Positions 34,214 through 37,821 of a stretch of 37,821 nt of DNA are shown here, piece after piece (within the stretch, counting starts at the first letter, position 1; each line of letters opens with the position of its first letter). The stretch spans positions 1 through 37,821 of the forward strand of contig JBQLZK010000067.1 in the NCBI GenBank assembly GCA_052168235.1. The letters are read 5' to 3'. The notes under the pieces are model-generated. The model was not told the DNA's origin. It searched no databases and saw only the letters and a program-made list of their open reading frames with translations. The DNA comes from Thainema sp. GTDB taxonomy: Bacteria; Cyanobacteriota; Cyanobacteriia; Phormidesmidales; Phormidesmidaceae. The translations under genes were made by a program, and so were the position numbers.

Positions 34214-34619
34214 GAGTTCCATCTCCTTGGATGTGTAGATGTAGGAGATAGAAAGCGTGAAGCTCCCTATCGCTTCGCTGGTGGTGGGCGAAGTAGAGAG
34301 TTCTGCGCAAAAAAGTAAAGCAATGAAAAAAGCTGTGCTACCATGAGCACATAAGCGCGCTTTACCCGCGCACAACTCTGTGGAGTCCTAACTAACGGCC
34401 CGGTCAAAAGCAGTAGGTTAGGTTCCTAGTTAATTTCAAATAAAACGAAAGTCTTTAAATCCCTCGGTTGTTCCCGCATCCGGGGGTTTTGACTTTCTTA
34501 GCTATGTTCACATCTTCATCACCTCCTGTAGAAATTGGTCAAACGTGGCAACAGCCGATCAGATTGTAGTGGTATCGGCTATTTAAATGTTGAGTGCGAT
34601 CGCAACTCGCAACGGCTGG

Positions 34620-35015
34620 CTAGTTTTCATCCGGATCGGTAACGATGCGATTTATCAGAGTATCGAGTCGAACTCCTTGATCCTCTACAGCTCGAACAAC
34701 TCTATCGACATTTTGGGTAGTAGCTTGAACGACCTGGGAAAGAGCTGCAATATCAGCCCTGTTCTCATTACCTTTTCGTGAGTTTGCTTGAGCTATTCCA
34801 ACCAGCGACTCTATAGCGGCTTCGATCCGCTCCAGTCTCTCAAAGCTGTTTGTTCTGAGGCGATTAGACTCATAGATAAAGTTATCTAGCTTTTGAGTGA
34901 GACCATTCAGCCGCCGATCCGTATCTTCGTTAATTACGGCTATTCGTGCCAGCGTCGCTTCAACAGCATCCATACGGCTCTCCAGTTTTGTAACTCTTTC
35001 GTCGATTGTAGCCAC
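34620..35015 (-). CDS. Coiled-coil protein (131 aa)
   Basis: Heptad pattern throughout; GAGG RBS; directly follows the RHH gene. Confidence 0.7.
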   Translation of the reverse strand: MATIDERVTKLESRMDAVEATLARIAVINEDTDRRLNGLTQKLDNFIYESNRLRTNSFERLERIEAAIESLVGIAQANSRKGNENRADIAALSQVVQATTQNVDRVVRAVEDQGVRLDTLINRIVTDPDEN

Positions 35016-35031
35016 TGCGATCGCGCCTCAT

Positions 35032-35205
35032 TTAATTATTAGCCTCAGCTTTTTTATTTCGAGGTGTCCAGTCCTCCATGCCTCTCTCGGCTAGGTATGC
35101 CAAAAGATTGCTGACAGTACGTCCTTCTTCTTCTGCCCTTACTTTGAGTCGTTCTGACAGCTCATCGGGGACTGTCGTAAACAGTTTCTTAGCCACATCA
35201 TTCAT
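35032..35205 (-). CDS. 57-aa ribbon-helix-helix (Arc/CopG-like) regulator, not in the ORF track
   Basis: MNDVAKKLFTTVPDELSERLKVRAEEEGRTVSNLLAYLAERGMEDWTPRNKKAEANN; GGAGG upstream; divergent from the transfer-like operon. Confidence 0.8.
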   Translation of the reverse strand: MNDVAKKLFTTVPDELSERLKVRAEEEGRTVSNLLAYLAERGMEDWTPRNKKAEANN

Positions 35206-35237
35206 AAATTACTGCCTTACCTCCAAATAGTAGCTTT

Positions 35238-35301
35238 AGGTAGCCAATATACAAATAAAAGTATCTTCTGGGTTGCTAAATGGCTACCTTATGGCTACCA
35301 T
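35238..35301. promoter_or_regulatory. Divergent promoter with GGTAGCCA/TGGCTACC operator repeats
   Basis: GGTAGCCA 35239, GGTTGCTA 35271, TGGCTACC 35281 and 35292; the last copy overlaps a -10-like TACCAT at 35296. Confidence 0.55.
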
Positions 35302-35362
35302 TTTAACAAGATTTGCAACAATCGCAGATTTTGCACATATCGCTACATGAGGAAACTGATTT

Positions 35363-36031
35363 ATGGCAACAGCCGCACCCCCTCAAATGAACTGGCGCGT
35401 TGGTCAAACGGGGATCTCGTCAAACGGAGCCGCCCGCGTCAATGATGAATTTCGCGTTGATATCAATAAGCTGGGTCGCCTCACCCCGTCTGAGGTTCGC
35501 GCTCAATCGCAACTAGCTAAGGATCTGCGTCAGCAGGTCGTTTTGGCGAAGCAATATAAGACCGCTAGCGAGGACGTGATTAAATCCAAAGTCACGATTG
35601 AAGAGCTGCGTACTGACCTGCTCGCTAAAGGATTAGAAGGTGCGAAAGCCGTCGATAACCTGGTCAGCCGCGCCCAGTTGCAAACCGGACAATACATGCA
35701 ATCACTGCAAACCACTGCTCACGCAACTCAGTTGGGCTTAAGTGCGATCGCAGAAAGCGGTCAGATGGAACGCGACACACTCACAACCAAATATCAGTTA
35801 AAAGCGCAACAGGCTCGACAGCTTCAAGCCTCAAAGCTCCAGCAGATGGGAACCAGTATGGGCAAGGAAACCCAGATGAAGCTGGATGACGCTCGGCAGA
35901 AAGCGGCAGCTAAGGAGCAACAGAAACAGGAAGAAATTGCGCTGAAGCGCTACATCCGAGCCGATGACTATACGCCCAACACAGGCAAAGCTCCAGGCCC
36001 GTTCCAGCGCATTCTCAATCTGGTGGCATAG
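35363..36031 (+). CDS. Helical/coiled-coil protein (222 aa), first gene of the transfer-like operon
   Basis: GAGG RBS; Q/A/K-rich helical sequence. Confidence 0.75.
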   Translation: MATAAPPQMNWRVGQTGISSNGAARVNDEFRVDINKLGRLTPSEVRAQSQLAKDLRQQVVLAKQYKTASEDVIKSKVTIEELRTDLLAKGLEGAKAVDNLVSRAQLQTGQYMQSLQTTAHATQLGLSAIAESGQMERDTLTTKYQLKAQQARQLQASKLQQMGTSMGKETQMKLDDARQKAAAKEQQKQEEIALKRYIRADDYTPNTGKAPGPFQRILNLVA

Positions 36032-36042
36032 GGTTAGTTGCT

Positions 36043-36612
36043 ATGTATACCCACGAGCATAATCCTGAACTAGAGCGACTTAGAGCGTTGCAGGAATCTG
36101 CGATCGCAACTCCTCCCCATCCTGAAGTTCCGACTTGGAACTACCACACGATCAACCGAGCGGGTTCGATGTTCGGTCTGCTGTTCGGCAGTTGGATGTT
36201 TCTCACGTTCCTGGCTCGGCTTCTGCCTGACTTTGCGTTCATCTACCTGATTCTGACTGGAGCCGGATTACTGGCCTGTTTCTACGTTGCGATCGCAGGT
36301 CATCCCAACCTGTTCACGCTAGTTGGAATCACAGCCTTTGGCGTCATCATCGCCACGCTGCTGGCCAGTTGGGATCTACTTCTGGGGCTGTTCTATTACC
36401 AAGGCAGTCCCATTTGGAAATTCTTCATTGTTGCGATGGGGTTTGTCTTGAGCGTGGGTCTGTTTCGATTGTTCTTCAACATTCGACGACCCAAAGCGCA
36501 GCAACAAACTCCGGTCGAATCGCAGCAAACCCAATCCGAACAAGCCTATGACGCTGCCTGGCAAGCGTATTTGCAACAATGGACTTCTCAATCCACCGAC
36601 AATCCATCTTGA
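36043..36612 (+). CDS. Four-TM membrane protein (189 aa)
   Basis: Four hydrophobic segments; 3' end overlaps the start of the FtsK-like gene. Confidence 0.78.
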   Translation: MYTHEHNPELERLRALQESAIATPPHPEVPTWNYHTINRAGSMFGLLFGSWMFLTFLARLLPDFAFIYLILTGAGLLACFYVAIAGHPNLFTLVGITAFGVIIATLLASWDLLLGLFYYQGSPIWKFFIVAMGFVLSVGLFRLFFNIRRPKAQQQTPVESQQTQSEQAYDAAWQAYLQQWTSQSTDNPS

Positions 36613-37821
36613 TCTATCAAGCAGCGGGTGTGTTCGGACTGCTAATTGCCTCCTGGGGACGGCTTGATCCAACCGTCGTCACCCCGGCTGGTCAGCGGTT
36701 GCCGCATTGGGCGGTAACTAACCGTGCTCAAATTGCAGCCATCTATGCACCGGATAGCTGGTCAAAAATGGCTGGCATCATGATTGCGATCGCAGGATTC
36801 GGTAAGGCATACCAAACCAGCAAGATAGCCGAAAAAGACGAGCGGGAGCTGTTGCGCCAGCTCAATCATGAGTTGCGACTGCGAGCGGTTCGAGAGCAGG
36901 AAGAACTCCAGCGGCAACTGCTGGCCAGCTCCGAAATGCTCAAGATTGCTCAAGTGGTGGAGAACCTGCGAGCTGAAGAGAAAGGTGATGAGGAGATTGC
37001 CGCGATTCTCGGCATTGACGTAGCTGAACTGAAAGCGCTGGGTGCTCCCCAGCCGGAAGCGTTACCCGCTCAAGCCGTGTCACGGGAAAATGACACATCG
37101 GAGCCACGGATACCGAATCCGCCCGACGATCCAACCGTGCATGGACTTTTGCAGGCGACGCTGAAGGCACTTCACAAGGCAAATTACTATGCCGACTATG
37201 TGACCTGCTTCAAAGGGCCATCGTTCATCCAGTTCATCCTGGAGATGCGAGACCCGAAAAAACTACCAGAAGCCATTGATAGAACCCCATCAATCGTCCA
37301 GGCCAGTTTGCACCTGCCCAAACTGCCCATGTCAGACAACGAGCATGGTTTCTTATCCTTGTCGCTGGCACGACCCGACCGGGAGCTGCGGAAGCTGGCA
37401 GACGAGATTGACGATATCCCAGTCCCTAAGCGTCCATCGCTGTTCCTGGGTGTTGACCTAAAAGAAATCAGGCACTACATCCATCTGGACGGTAAAGAAA
37501 TGGAGGCCGTCTTAATCGGTGGTCTGCCCCGTGTGGCTGGCAAGACCAACCTGATCCGGCAGATGATCGGCTTCGCCGCCAAAAACTACTCATACCGTCA
37601 CATTCAGTTTCTCGTCTTTGACGGCAAAGGAACTGAGCTGAACCCGCTCAAAAATTCGCCCTATCTGGCTGAATGGCCATCGACCGCTAACCGCTTGGTC
37701 GGGCATTCAGAAGAGGACGCAGAATTGCAGCTTCAGTGGGTCGAGCAGGACATCGAAAACCGTCGCAGCCTATTCGCCTATCAAGGTGTGTCCAACATTG
37801 AGGACTTTAACCACCTCGAAG
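36579..37821 (+). CDS. FtsK/SpoIIIE-family ATPase, N-terminal part (continues across the junction to 695); not in the ORF track
   Basis: Open from ATG 36579 (MDFSIHRQSILIYQAAGVFGLLIASW..): two hydrophobic segments, coiled coil, GPSF, LFLGVDL, Walker A-like LIGGLPRVAGKTN, FLVFDGKGTEL (cf. IDPK..EL), DIENRRSLF. Confidence 0.88.
   Translation, partial: MDFSIHRQSILIYQAAGVFGLLIASWGRLDPTVVTPAGQRLPHWAVTNRAQIAAIYAPDSWSKMAGIMIAIAGFGKAYQTSKIAEKDERELLRQLNHELRLRAVREQEELQRQLLASSEMLKIAQVVENLRAEEKGDEEIAAILGIDVAELKALGAPQPEALPAQAVSRENDTSEPRIPNPPDDPTVHGLLQATLKALHKANYYADYVTCFKGPSFIQFILEMRDPKKLPEAIDRTPSIVQASLHLPKLPMSDNEHGFLSLSLARPDRELRKLADEIDDIPVPKRPSLFLGVDLKEIRHYIHLDGKEMEAVLIGGLPRVAGKTNLIRQMIGFAAKNYSYRHIQFLVFDGKGTELNPLKNSPYLAEWPSTANRLVGHSEEDAELQLQWVEQDIENRRSLFAYQGVSNIEDFNHLE
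37771..37821. repeat. Terminal direct repeat, right copy (circular-assembly overlap)
   Basis: Identical to bases 1-51. Confidence 0.97.

Noticed and set aside
1..37821. CRISPR array or cas genes suggested by the WYL gene
   Set aside because: No repeat-spacer periodicity of about 60-75 bp and no Cas-like ORF was seen.

Overview
The window looks like a complete circular cyanobacterial plasmid of about 37,770 bp: bases 1-51 are repeated exactly at 37771-37821, and HIP1 octamers (GCGATCGC) are frequent. It has four parts. (1) A putative transfer operon (35363 through the junction to 2645) built around a membrane-anchored FtsK/SpoIIIE ATPase that is split by the window ends. The ATPase gene is followed at once by a dense TGCAA repeat cluster, is flanked by small membrane and coiled-coil genes, and has a divergent RHH regulator gene. 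I found no relaxase or T4SS, so the layout resembles the Streptomyces TraB/clt dsDNA transfer architecture (inference). (2) A HIP1-poor accessory island (about 2.9-16.4 kb) encoding a GT4 glycosyltransferase, a 1.7-kaa multidomain polymorphic toxin with no adjacent immunity gene, a WYL regulator, an HTH-NB-ARC protein plus a separate TPR protein, a BT1-type MFS gene broken by a 252-bp MITE, and an NfeD-like protein. Three of its intergenic regions share a 12-bp-phased TGAGCYAA array. (3) Maintenance functions: a small tyrosine resolvase with a candidate core site, a type Ib-like ParA/partner pair flanked by long palindromes and phased octamers, an HNH gene pair, a large divergent tyrosine recombinase and a two-HTH candidate Rep. 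(4) A type I R-M operon with an inserted VapBC module, an hsdM C-terminal relic and an inserted antisense 2-TM gene. I saw no CRISPR array, rRNA or tRNA. All family calls come from motif recognition by eye; no searches were run.
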